Below are positions 1-8,494 of a stretch of DNA of 35,517 nucleotides, in pieces (positions within the stretch are counted from its first letter, which is position 1; each line of letters opens with the position of its first letter). The position numbers were made by a program, and so were the translations under genes. The notes under the pieces were generated by a model, which did not search any database, had not been told where the DNA came from, and worked only from the letters and a program-made list of their open reading frames with translations. This DNA comes from a virus (lineage: Duplodnaviria > Caudoviricetes), in IMG/VR virus record IMGVR_UViG_3300048080_000033, positions 1 to 35,517 of that record; one strand, written 5' to 3'.

Positions 1-408
1 ACCATTGCCTCCGGAGGCTGCCCTTGCGCGGACGGGAGTTGTGCCCCGTCTTTCGCAGGTACAGTTTGCGCTCGGCTTCTCCGGTTCGATATGCAGGGTG
101 TACATCGGAATCCCGCGACTTTCCGCCGTCTGAACCGGATTTAGACACGTCCATCCTGTGACGGATTTCACTGTGTCTTACCCGTCGTCTGAGATATGCC
201 CCGCCGTCTTTTTGCTCGCCGCGTTGTAACGCATGGCCGCGAGGCTACCGAGCACAGTCCACTCACATGAGTTTACCCCATCACCTGCTTGTGCCTGGTC
301 CGTCCCTGCCTCCGTTGTACCTGCTCGAGCAGCCCACGGCCCGCCATACCAAACAAACGACGGTCGCTAGGTGCGTCACGTCGGCGCAAGGCGGGGAACG
401 TCTTGCCG
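1..408 (-). ncRNA. Candidate large structured RNA (may continue past window start)
   Basis: Nested inverted repeats 55-63/316-324, 70-75/248-253, 80-87/132-139, 143-148/173-178 and 31-36/45-50; wobble pairs are G-U only on the minus strand; no convincing ORF below 273. Confidence 0.5.
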
Positions 409-938
409 TTCAACATGATAGCGGAGCCGTTTAACCAATAAATCGGCTCAATGCCTAGCGCCCGCCCCGCCTGAACTCCCACCAGCGGCTGCAGCGTCCG
501 CACGTATGCTTCGAAGACCTCGTTGCACAGCGCGAAGTCGCGCCGCGCCTGTACGAAATCCACAGCGTCGGTGCCCGCCATACCGTACAGCAGACGCACC
601 ACGAGCGCGCAGACAAGGCCGCTGCGGTTCAGGCCAGCCCCACATACGACCAGCGTCCGCTTGCCCCGTGAGATGCCGCTGGCCGTGGCGTTAGCGATTG
701 CCGCCAACTGCGTCAAGTCGGGGAGCGGCCCGTCCTCAATCGGCCAGGTCATGTAGACCTTACCGTCAGGGACGTATACCCGCTGCCGGATGAGCTGAAC
801 CACCACGTCGTACTCATCCCACACAGCATCCCAGTCGTTCGGTGCCGCGCCGATGGTCAGCTTGGGGGTCAGGGTGTTGAAGTCGTTGCCGATGAGGAAC
901 GGATTGCCGCCGCCCTCGAACCCGCCGGGGCTAGTCAA
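273..938 (-). CDS. Dual-specificity/tyrosine phosphatase family protein
   Basis: WPIED loop and CX5R motif (VCGAGLNRSG); the last ~70 aa look like read-through into the structured RNA region. Confidence 0.8.
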   Translation of the reverse strand: MTSPGGFEGGGNPFLIGNDFNTLTPKLTIGAAPNDWDAVWDEYDVVVQLIRQRVYVPDGKVYMTWPIEDGPLPDLTQLAAIANATASGISRGKRTLVVCGAGLNRSGLVCALVVRLLYGMAGTDAVDFVQARRDFALCNEVFEAYVRTLQPLVGVQAGRALGIEPIYWLNGSAIMLNGKTFPALRRRDAPSDRRLFGMAGRGLLEQVQRRQGRTRHKQVMG

Positions 939-1110
939 GGCTCACCAGATTCCAGCGCGTCCAGTCGGGGTCATCCGCGCAGGCCTTCTCGACCGCCCTG
1001 TCGACAGCGTTCAGTTTCGCGTTCGGTGACTTCAGCCCGTCTCGAATCTGAACCTCGAGGTGATGGTTCCGCGTAGCATCATCGTATATCAGGTTCACAA
1101 TTGCCTTCAT
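931..1110 (-). CDS. Hypothetical protein (59 aa, MKAIVNLIYDD...)
   Basis: Translated by hand; fills the gap between neighbours with tight coupling. Confidence 0.6.
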   Translation of the reverse strand: MKAIVNLIYDDATRNHHLEVQIRDGLKSPNAKLNAVDRAVEKACADDPDWTRWNLVSLD

Positions 1111-1111
1111 C

Positions 1112-1435
1112 CTATCCTATGGCCTCCTTCACTAGGTCGATAATGAAATCGTCAAGGTTCGCCGTGGCGGTCAGTTGCCAGTCGTTTATACGCGCCGTGA
1201 ACCCGCAGCCATCGCACCAAATGTCACGGCATAGGTCAGCCGGATTTTGGAACCACAGCAGCGTCAGGTCGCATCGTGGGCAACGGTCATAGTGCTTCCA
1301 GCGAAACGCCTTGACCAGCACAGCGTATTCGGGGTCAGCGTCGGGAGCGGCTCCGGCCAGTATGAACTTCCGTTTGATGAACAGCCGCCCGTCAATCGTG
1401 GAGTAGAACTTCGCCGGTATCTGTGACTCATCCAT
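1112..1435 (-). CDS. Hypothetical Zn-ribbon protein
   Basis: CPRC...CDGC; coupled to neighbours. Confidence 0.65.
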   Translation of the reverse strand: MDESQIPAKFYSTIDGRLFIKRKFILAGAAPDADPEYAVLVKAFRWKHYDRCPRCDLTLLWFQNPADLCRDIWCDGCGFTARINDWQLTATANLDDFIIDLVKEAIG

Positions 1436-1838
1436 TGGGGTCGGCCACAGGTTCTATGTCGACGCGCTCGTACTCGTAGTCTGACCGCACATACATCAGG
1501 CGCTCTGCCGCCGCCGCGTCACCCGCGACCGCCTTGTCATACCAAATGAGCTGTGCGGCGGGAACATCGGTGCCCGACTTGCCGGTGCCGCCACAGCGCG
1601 AGCACGGAGTCTTCACGTCAGGCGGATTGCTGTCCGTAGGTGTCCTGAATCCGGGCAGGCTCTTGAAGCCGGTGCCCTTGCAGGTGTAGCACGGCCCGCC
1701 CGCCTTCGCATCCTCGATGTCCGCGTAGGCCTCGCAATCGTCTTTCAGGAACGCGAACCCCGCCAGCCATGCCTTCGGTTCATCCGTGGCGTCGATGAGG
1801 TAGTTGCCGTGCTTATGATAGATGGCTAAGACGTTCAC
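1428..1838 (-). CDS. Protein with DnaJ-type CxxCxGxG zinc finger
   Basis: CYTCKGTG and CSRCGGTG repeats. Confidence 0.7.
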   Translation of the reverse strand: MNVLAIYHKHGNYLIDATDEPKAWLAGFAFLKDDCEAYADIEDAKAGGPCYTCKGTGFKSLPGFRTPTDSNPPDVKTPCSRCGGTGKSGTDVPAAQLIWYDKAVAGDAAAAERLMYVRSDYEYERVDIEPVADPNG

Positions 1839-2040
1839 GTTCTCGCTCCGCTCCGACGCCCGCGCCTAGCCGCGAATCTAGCGTCTTGATTTGCTGGCCG
1901 GGTGTCCTGTCGGCCCGCGCCGTGAGCCGCACGTCAGCAGCGTCCTGGCGCGCCTGCCGCCGCCTGTGCTGTGGACGCGCCTTGCCTGCGGGTCGCCCGC
2001 GCCGGTCACTCGGTTCAGTGGTTACTTGCTTACGAGCCAT
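1813..2040 (-). CDS. Small basic hypothetical protein
   Basis: Arg-rich ORF overlapping neighbours in operon fashion. Confidence 0.6.
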   Translation of the reverse strand: MARKQVTTEPSDRRGRPAGKARPQHRRRQARQDAADVRLTARADRTPGQQIKTLDSRLGAGVGAERERERLSHLS

Positions 2041-2326
2041 CGGGTTTCCTTGTCATCACTGGGACGATTTTGTAGGTGCCGTCACCGGCCCACGACTCTG
2101 CCTGTTCCAACGTCTTGAACAGCGGCATGAATCCGCATGGTTGGTCCTCGTCATCCCCCGGCGTCGCCAGGTGCGTCGGGAACCCGTACAGATAGCCGAT
2201 GCCCGTCACGTCGATTGCGCTCCAGTCCATGAACCGCATGACCATGTACAGGATTTCCGAGTCAGCAACCGGTGTGGGCGAGTGCGGCCCGCCCACAGGT
2301 TGCGTCGTAATCTTACGGTTGCCCAT
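2030..2326 (-). CDS. Hypothetical protein
   Basis: ORF with AAGGGG SD, in operon. Confidence 0.6.
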   Translation of the reverse strand: MGNRKITTQPVGGPHSPTPVADSEILYMVMRFMDWSAIDVTGIGYLYGFPTHLATPGDDEDQPCGFMPLFKTLEQAESWAGDGTYKIVPVMTRKPDGS

Positions 2327-2333
2327 GTTCCCC

Positions 2334-3077
2334 TTACGGTCGGGTCACGATGTAGGCGAACACTACCAGCCCACCAATGCCGAAGAACGCGAGGAACACC
2401 AGGAACGAATCACTCACTCCGCTGTCCTGTGCCGGTTCCCCGCCGGTCGGGGGTAGACTGACCGGAGGCAGGGTTGTAGCCGGAGGCTGAGTTGGGCCAG
2501 GCGTCGGGGTAATCAACGGGGTTGGCTCCGGCGTGGCCGTAACGGTTGCAGGCGGCGTCGAAGTCGGGGTCGCGGTAGGGGTTGCCGTCGGCTCCGGCGT
2601 GGGTGTGGGAGAGGGTGTAGACGTAGGGACCTCGGAGGGAGACGGAGTGGGTGTGGGTGCCAGCGTTGGGGTTGGTGATGGTGTTACCTCCGGTGTTGGC
2701 GACGGGGTCGGCGTCACGAGCGCGCACCCGTTCTCGTAGATGGCGATACCGTCAGGCGTCCAGTTTAGGCCAGGAAACTCGTCGTGCGCCGGAATGATGT
2801 CGCCCCATGCTATGCCATCATCCTTGAGCGCCTGTGCTATCGCTTCCGTGGGCGCAAGTGGCCCGGTGTGTAGCGAATGGTCGCCGCCGTTCCCCGAACC
2901 GATGCTGTCAGGGTCAACGAACTGCGTGGTGTACGGGTTGCCGGGCGCGTTGGTCGCGTGGCATATCTGTACGTTGTCGTCCACGGGTTGCGTGGCTCCG
3001 GCCACACTTATTGTGGCGAAGAAGCCCATGAGCACGAAGACCGCGAACACCGCCGCGTACAAGAGTTTGAGTTTCAT
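2334..3077 (-). CDS. Secreted, sortase-type (LPxTG) surface-anchored protein with Pro/Thr stalk
   Basis: Signal peptide MKLKLLYAAVF...; ICHAT..NPY..H..H domain; (PT)n linker; LPPTGG followed by TM helix; AAAGGA SD before ATG at 3077. Confidence 0.75.
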   Translation of the reverse strand: MKLKLLYAAVFAVFVLMGFFATISVAGATQPVDDNVQICHATNAPGNPYTTQFVDPDSIGSGNGGDHSLHTGPLAPTEAIAQALKDDGIAWGDIIPAHDEFPGLNWTPDGIAIYENGCALVTPTPSPTPEVTPSPTPTLAPTPTPSPSEVPTSTPSPTPTPEPTATPTATPTSTPPATVTATPEPTPLITPTPGPTQPPATTLPPVSLPPTGGEPAQDSGVSDSFLVFLAFFGIGGLVVFAYIVTRP

Positions 3078-3134
3078 GCGGGTGTATCCTTTCACTGTTG
3101 AATTGCTTGCTTCCATTATATCCGGTTGCGCCGC

Positions 3135-3290
3135 CTAGCCCTTCGTATAGATGACCGCCTTCCCCGCCTCACGACACTCCTGTTCATAGCGACACAGGTT
3201 ACAGACGGTCAGGCCGTCCGCGATTTCCGCCGTGGTCAGCATGGTGCCGCAGCGACACTTGACGGTCAGCCGCTTCCGCTTACTTGCCAT
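3135..3290 (-). CDS. Small Cys-rich protein (51 aa, MASKRKRLTVKCRCG...CNLC)
   Basis: Translated by hand; AAGGAG SD. Confidence 0.6.
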   Translation of the reverse strand: MASKRKRLTVKCRCGTMLTTAEIADGLTVCNLCRYEQECREAGKAVIYTKG

Positions 3291-3648
3291 CGGTGACTCC
3301 TTTCACTCCTATCATCCCGCGCACCAGCTCCGCCGCCATGCGCCCGGCCAGTGCCGCCATCTCCCGACCGGAGCCGGTACTGATGGCGAACTCGCCGGTG
3401 ATGATGCGATAGAACCGCGCCGGTAGTGCCGCCACTTCGACGGTCACCTGACGCGTCTCGTAATCGTTGCTGTAAGTGAACCGGGCCAGCGGCGTCCAGT
3501 CCCTCGACATGGCGTCACCCGCCTTGCCGAAGAACATGACGTTGACGTCGTGCTTCCCGAATCCCTCATGGAGTTTGCGGAACGGTGCGAAGTCGGCTTC
3601 ATCCGCCTCGTACATCCCGCCGAACAGGTCATCCAATTCGCCTGCCAT
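3280..3648 (-). CDS. Hypothetical protein
   Basis: ORF with GGAAAGG SD. Confidence 0.65.
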   Translation of the reverse strand: MAGELDDLFGGMYEADEADFAPFRKLHEGFGKHDVNVMFFGKAGDAMSRDWTPLARFTYSNDYETRQVTVEVAALPARFYRIITGEFAISTGSGREMAALAGRMAAELVRGMIGVKGVTDGK

Positions 3649-3942
3649 TTCGTGTCCGCCTTTCCTGATAGGGGTATGGATTTACACTACCAGTTTCCGC
3701 CCACGACGCGCCCCGTGTCAACCCGTGTTCGGTGAACGACAAGTGAATAGCTTACAGAAAATGTAAGGTATCCCCACGTCGGCCAATTGCTAAGGCCGCG
3801 TTGTCATTTACACGATTTGGTATGAATCCGGGGATACAGAGACGGCTTCTAACGAGACGCCCTGTGTAGCACTATCGCTCAACCCCCAGAGCCGCGCTGT
3901 CGAGCGCCCCAGCGCCTCTGACGGCCCCTAGTCACAGGGTTC

Positions 3943-4932
3943 TCAAGGGGTGTTCTCGAAGCCAGACGCGGCCAGTTTTTCCTTGTACCACTCGGCCAGA
4001 CCAGCGGTCATCCGACGCGAAATCGTCGGCCATGCCCAACGGAACAATGCGTCTCGAATGTCGGCCTCGCACTCCGCGAGCACGTCAAGATTGACCGCCT
4101 TAATCAGCGGCCCGATGTCCTTCGGGGAGCCGTCGAGCGCGCCGTCCTCGGTCAGGTGCTGCACCGACTTTTGCCAGCGGGCATCCGTCCGGTAGGCCTC
4201 CACCAACTGCGCCACGATGTCCTTCCCGTTGGGATTAGCCTTGCCCCATTCCTTCTGATGCACTTCCTTGAAGGCCTCCGAGACATACTTGCCCATCAGC
4301 ACCTTCTTGTCGATTCCGAACCGGGCGTAATTCTTGACCACCACGCCCTCGATGAGCGCCCCGCCTAGAATTGACTCTCGCTGGAGCATCAGCTTCAGTC
4401 CGGCCCAATCATCGACCTTGCCGGTGTACAGGGTTGGCACGGACTCCAGCCCGACACGCGCCGCTTCCGCCGCAAGGCCCGCCGGGTCGAGAAACGCCTG
4501 TGTACTGGTCTCCACGTCGAACAGGATGATGTTGTGTTCGGGGGTGCGCCCGTAGGCAAGCGCGTTGTGCTTAGGCTTCGACAGGTACTCGCCCCTGTAG
4601 ATGTATCCCGCCCGCAGGTGAGTCAGCCGTTCAATCTGCTCGACCGCCGTGGCGAACATCTTGTCCGTGGTCGGGGGGGTTTGGTCCTTCCCCTTACTGC
4701 GGACAATCAGCCGGTACTCGCACCGGTTCATACACCCGTCATGGTCACACGGCTTACCGGTGCGCGGAACGAACGCAATGTGCCCGAAGGAAATCTGGCT
4801 CCCGTCAACCTTCTCTTGAACCACCACGTCGCCGTCGAACAGGTCAGTCAGTGCCCGATGTCCAAGCGCATAGATGGACGGATAGCTTGCCAGCTTGAAC
4901 GGGGTCGGGGTCATTTCGGTTGTCTCACTCAT
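3943..4932 (-). CDS. ATP-dependent RNA ligase (Rnl2-like)
   Basis: Nucleotidyltransferase motifs EKVDGS, RGEY, FDV, EGVVVK, KYVSEAFKE. Confidence 0.85.
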   Translation of the reverse strand: MSETTEMTPTPFKLASYPSIYALGHRALTDLFDGDVVVQEKVDGSQISFGHIAFVPRTGKPCDHDGCMNRCEYRLIVRSKGKDQTPPTTDKMFATAVEQIERLTHLRAGYIYRGEYLSKPKHNALAYGRTPEHNIILFDVETSTQAFLDPAGLAAEAARVGLESVPTLYTGKVDDWAGLKLMLQRESILGGALIEGVVVKNYARFGIDKKVLMGKYVSEAFKEVHQKEWGKANPNGKDIVAQLVEAYRTDARWQKSVQHLTEDGALDGSPKDIGPLIKAVNLDVLAECEADIRDALFRWAWPTISRRMTAGLAEWYKEKLAASGFENTP

Positions 4933-5227
4933 CGCGTACCCTCGAGTTTTCAGGATAGATGTCATCAGCGTTCTGTTCCCCGCGCAAGACAATCAACGCC
5001 CACAGCGCGAGGTCAAACGCGTCGCGCCGGTTGCGGGGGAAGTCCACCAGCGTACAGGTTTCTTCACCCGCGTCCTCGCGCACCAGCACAGCATCATAGT
5101 GGCACAGCCGTTCCGGTGTGTCAGGTTCCCCGTGCCCGCCCGTGTTGGTCAGGTACAGCGAGCCGATGGGATACGCCCGCGCTACATCGCCGTGGGGTAG
5201 GACTTCGAAGGTGATTCGGAGGGTCAC
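4925..5227 (-). CDS. Hypothetical protein
   Basis: ORF overlapping both neighbours by a few nt. Confidence 0.6.
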   Translation of the reverse strand: MTLRITFEVLPHGDVARAYPIGSLYLTNTGGHGEPDTPERLCHYDAVLVREDAGEETCTLVDFPRNRRDAFDLALWALIVLRGEQNADDIYPENSRVRDE

Positions 5228-5751
5228 AGCAACGCGCCTTGTGCCGGTGTCGGGTCGCGGCCCAATATGTCAGTTAGAAACGAACTCATTGGTCGCATCT
5301 TGTTGAACAGCCAATACCGATTGCCGAACTTCGGCGGGCCTTCCCGTGCGTGTTCGCGGTCGGAACCATAGCCCCATCCGGCCAGTGAAATCAGGTGCCG
5401 GTCGGTGTCGATGTATGCCTGAATCACACCCACGCCGTCGTCATCCGCCGCCCGCAACACCAGCGTTGCCCGCCGCTGTTCTGTACTCGGTCGGCACCGA
5501 ATCCGAGCTATGCCGCCGATGTACTTAGCCTTGCGGCCAGTAGGCCACAGGTTCACCTTCAGCAATCGGCAGGCCACGATAGCAGCCACCTGTACTTCTG
5601 TGTCGGCTCGTAGGTTATCCGCCGCATCCGTGGAGTTAGACCGCGCACCGCTGTTATAGGACATCCCGCCACGGGCGGTCTCGTCCCGTGCGATTCCCTC
5701 CGCCCGCTGTCGTGCGAACGCCCACTCAGAATCGGTGTACTGTGATTCCAT
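5224..5751 (-). CDS. Hypothetical protein (leaderless)
   Basis: ATG 6 nt downstream of TAGAAT -10 box. Confidence 0.65.
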   Translation of the reverse strand: MESQYTDSEWAFARQRAEGIARDETARGGMSYNSGARSNSTDAADNLRADTEVQVAAIVACRLLKVNLWPTGRKAKYIGGIARIRCRPSTEQRRATLVLRAADDDGVGVIQAYIDTDRHLISLAGWGYGSDREHAREGPPKFGNRYWLFNKMRPMSSFLTDILGRDPTPAQGALL

Positions 5752-5760
5752 ATTGTTATT

Positions 5761-6138
5761 CTACCCGAAGTCCTCAACGCTGGTGGTCAGCGGAGTGATG
5801 ACCCGTATGGGGATGCCCCGCTTGCGAGTCTCCGCTATCGTGTGGTTGGTGCCCCGCGAGTCTGGCGATTGCCGGAAGGCCAGTACCATTGAGGGGGTTG
5901 GTGCCGTGTCCAGCATCTCGATGTTCCGCATGATGCCCGCCCGCCTGCCGTACCGTTCCCAGTCGGCGTTGAACACCTGTACGATGTGACCGAGCCGCGA
6001 CGCGATATGGCCCGCCATGCGGTCAGCGCCCCGCCCCCCGCCGTGGCGGATGACAGAACGGGGTAGCTTGTGCAACTCGTCGTAGATGGCCCCCGGGTCC
6101 GCCCAATCCCGCGAGCCACACACCAGCACGAGCATCAT
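5761..6138 (-). CDS. YspA/SLOG-family (DUF2493-like) protein
   Basis: VLVCGSRDW, HGGGRGAD, ADWERYGRRAG.MRN..ML, SRGTNH motifs. Confidence 0.85.
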   Translation of the reverse strand: MMLVLVCGSRDWADPGAIYDELHKLPRSVIRHGGGRGADRMAGHIASRLGHIVQVFNADWERYGRRAGIMRNIEMLDTAPTPSMVLAFRQSPDSRGTNHTIAETRKRGIPIRVITPLTTSVEDFG

Positions 6139-6359
6139 AGCTCGTCGTCCTCGGCTTCCGCGTCACGGAGCTCTTCGAACGATGGCTTGCGCCCGCTGAT
6201 AATCATGGCCCCGACCGTCCAGTCTCTCTCGAGGCTGTTGACGAAGTCACGCACGGCCCCGCACAGCTTACACTCGCCCACGCTAGTCGGCCCGTTCGGT
6301 GTAGCTATCAGCCAATGGTGAGCGCAGGCGTCAGCTGCTACCACTCGCCCTGTGTCCAT
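6135..6359 (-). CDS. Small Cys/His protein (CAHHWLIATPNGPTSVGECKLCG)
   Basis: C-HHW...CxxC motif; real start likely the ATG at 6359, not 6605. Confidence 0.65.
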   Translation of the reverse strand: MDTGRVVAADACAHHWLIATPNGPTSVGECKLCGAVRDFVNSLERDWTVGAMIISGRKPSFEELRDAEAEDDEL

Positions 6360-6660
6360 CGTGCGCGTCGATGACCGCGATGGCGTCGCGTATCCTCTTG
6401 CTGTCAGGCCCGCGCAGGAACGCCCGCTTCTTCTCACTGACCCGCGCCCGACCGCCCTCGTTGCCCGGCTTGCCCACGTAGTCCTCATGGAGCAAGTGCA
6501 ACAGGTACAGCGGACAGCTAATGTCCTGTTCGCTGATGGTGTCCTTGTACAGCCTGACCCGCAGGTAGTAGCAGTCGAACCCGTCAACCGTGTCACCGTT
6601 GTCATCGGTGTAGGTCATCGGGAGTTCGCGGATTGACTGTTCGTCGTACAGTAGTCTCAT
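6331..6660 (-). CDS. Hypothetical protein
   Basis: ATGA overlap with the macro-domain gene. Confidence 0.6.
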   Translation of the reverse strand: MRLLYDEQSIRELPMTYTDDNGDTVDGFDCYYLRVRLYKDTISEQDISCPLYLLHLLHEDYVGKPGNEGGRARVSEKKRAFLRGPDSKRIRDAIAVIDAHDGHRASGSS

Positions 6661-7142
6661 AATCGGTCACGCTCCTCGGGTAGCACTACCAGCGTGAACG
6701 CATCGTTCAGCCGGTCGGCCATGATGGGATAGATTACCTTCGGGTCAAGCTGGCCGTTCCCGCAGCCGAGTAAGGGAACCGCCACGGCCCATTTGTACCA
6801 GACGTTTAACCGGGCAAGCTCTTCCGCCGTCCAGCGTATCAGGTCAACGCTCGCCGGTTGCCGCCATGATAGCGCCGGATTCGCGGCAAGCGGTTTGACC
6901 GGTGCCAGTATCAGCGCCTCGTGGGTCGCTAGGAACCGGTCGCTGCCGTCTACCTCTACCATCTGACGGCAGGTGTTCCCGTACTCCCGCGCAAGGTCGG
7001 GGAATCGCTGCGCCGCTTGCCGGGCCAGCCCGCGCCCCATGACGTTCAGCCCGTCCTTCTTCCAGCCGATGTTAGTCGGTATCACACGCCGTACAGGTGC
7101 GTTGAACTGCGCCTCCCACATGGAGCCAACGTACAGTTTCAC
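6657..7142 (-). CDS. Macro domain (ADP-ribose-binding/processing) protein
   Basis: IPTN...VMGRGLA...RFP and PLLGCGNGQLD motifs. Confidence 0.85.
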   Translation of the reverse strand: MKLYVGSMWEAQFNAPVRRVIPTNIGWKKDGLNVMGRGLARQAAQRFPDLAREYGNTCRQMVEVDGSDRFLATHEALILAPVKPLAANPALSWRQPASVDLIRWTAEELARLNVWYKWAVAVPLLGCGNGQLDPKVIYPIMADRLNDAFTLVVLPEERDRL

Positions 7143-7143
7143 G

Positions 7144-7332
7144 TCAGGTGCCGGTCGCCCTGAAGCATGACTTGCACAGCACGTCACCGCCGCCCGACTC
7201 AATCAGCTCCGATTCGGGGAACGGGTCATTGCACCAATCACAATACCCCGTCTTGTTCGACACGAGGTCGGACGCCAGTTGCCGGTTAGACGGTAGGGCA
7301 GGTGCAGGCGTAGAGCTCTCGGGGTCGGGCAT
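7144..7332 (-). CDS. Small Zn-finger protein
   Basis: CDWC...CKSC. Confidence 0.55.
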   Translation of the reverse strand: MPDPESSTPAPALPSNRQLASDLVSNKTGYCDWCNDPFPESELIESGGGDVLCKSCFRATGT

Positions 7333-7468
7333 CTTCATCCTCCTGGTCTTCATCTTGTTCCTCGATGAATCCGGTGCATCGACATTCGGGTGACTGACAC
7401 GGCCCCAACCCCGCGAGGGTCAGGTGCATGGTGAACGAACACCCGCACAGGTAACAGTCCGCATCCAC
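7286..7468 (-). CDS. Small Cys-rich protein
   Basis: C..CGC...H......C...C.C..F pattern. Confidence 0.55.
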   Translation of the reverse strand: MDADCYLCGCSFTMHLTLAGLGPCQSPECRCTGFIEEQDEDQEDEDARPRELYACTCPTV

Positions 7469-7469
7469 G

Positions 7470-7661
7470 CTAGAGCAGTATGGTCAAGGCCCACACGATG
7501 AAGGCCGTGTCGATGGCCGCTCCGAACGCGTTGCCCATGACCTTCGCTCCCGCGCCCTTCTGGTCAGCCGCCGCGTTCACGACGGCCACGAGCAGGTTGA
7601 ACACGAACGCCACAGCGAACAGGCCCGCCGTGACCGCCACATATGCTTCTGTGCTTGACAT
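7470..7661 (-). CDS. Small membrane protein
   Basis: Two hydrophobic helices; GGAGG SD. Confidence 0.65.
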   Translation of the reverse strand: MSSTEAYVAVTAGLFAVAFVFNLLVAVVNAAADQKGAGAKVMGNAFGAAIDTAFIVWALTILL

Positions 7662-7670
7662 TTCTGCCTC

Positions 7671-7913
7671 CTACTTTATGGGGGTCAGCCCGCCGGGCAT
7701 CGAGGTCGGAATGACCAGCCCTGGGCCAATGCCCTGAATGTTCAGCTTAACGGCGCTCGTCTTGAATGACCCGCACGGACAGGCCCATACCACCAACAGG
7801 AACGGGGGTTGTGGAACCGTCGCGCCCAGAATCCATGAGTGCGCCTGGTCGTTATTTGTGCAGTGTGCCGGTATCGGGTCGTCCCGCTCCTCGGTCACGT
7901 CAGCGTCTGCCAT
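7671..7913 (-). CDS. Hypothetical protein
   Basis: GGAGG SD; C..H.W...C.CG. Confidence 0.6.
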   Translation of the reverse strand: MADADVTEERDDPIPAHCTNNDQAHSWILGATVPQPPFLLVVWACPCGSFKTSAVKLNIQGIGPGLVIPTSMPGGLTPIK

Positions 7914-7914
7914 G

Positions 7915-8121
7915 TCAGCCTCCTACAAAATCCTTGTACGTGTCATCGGTGTCCTGTGGTGTGCGCTTCAGGCCGAACACGGCCAGCGCGTCATAGCAAG
8001 TGTGAACGGGTGACGCGACTGGAATCCAACGGACGCAGTTGTTACACCACACGTCCTCGGTTCCGTCTGACTGCTTCCTATACCAGCGCCCGTCATCCGG
8101 CTTCTGTACTAGAACCGCCAT
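7915..8121 (-). CDS. Small Cys/His protein (leaderless)
   Basis: CNNC...H.C; ATG 6 nt after TAGAAT. Confidence 0.65.
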   Translation of the reverse strand: MAVLVQKPDDGRWYRKQSDGTEDVWCNNCVRWIPVASPVHTCYDALAVFGLKRTPQDTDDTYKDFVGG

Positions 8122-8125
8122 GCTT

Positions 8126-8494
8126 CTATTCTACCCCGCCCACTTTCCGCGCCGCCTTCGCAACCGCTGCGAGCACTTCCGCGAGTGCCGCCGCCTTAGC
8201 TTCCCGCGCCGCCTTACTCGACATCCGGCGCGCTTCGGCTCGGACTTCGGGGTTGCGGAGGAACGCCCGCCGCGCCGCCCTGTTCATACCCTCCGCCTTC
8301 ACGACGGTCATCAGCACAGGCCGTTGCCCTTGCACCAACAGGCGCTCCCGTTCCGCCATCAGCTTCTCATGGTTCGTGTAGCTGTCAGGCAGGGACTTCA
8401 CCAGCCGCAGCCCACGCACCCGCCGCCGGTCGCGGGGATGTTCGTTGACCCATTCAGCCGGTGTTTGGACGTACAGGTTCAGTTTCGACCTCAT
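8126..8494 (-). CDS. Basic hypothetical protein
   Basis: ATGA overlap with upstream gene. Confidence 0.6.
   Translation of the reverse strand: MRSKLNLYVQTPAEWVNEHPRDRRRVRGLRLVKSLPDSYTNHEKLMAERERLLVQGQRPVLMTVVKAEGMNRAARRAFLRNPEVRAEARRMSSKAAREAKAAALAEVLAAVAKAARKVGGVE

Noticed and set aside
198-209. 12-mer GCCCCGCCGTCT shared with 29295-29306
   Set aside because: GC-rich 12-mer matches are expected by chance in 35 kb; too weak to link the two RNAs.
1-330. tmRNA or RNase P RNA
   Set aside because: No tRNA-Ala-like ends, tag ORF or P4 consensus found.
2470-2720. Low-complexity repeats
   Set aside because: Explained by the Pro/Thr linker coding sequence.
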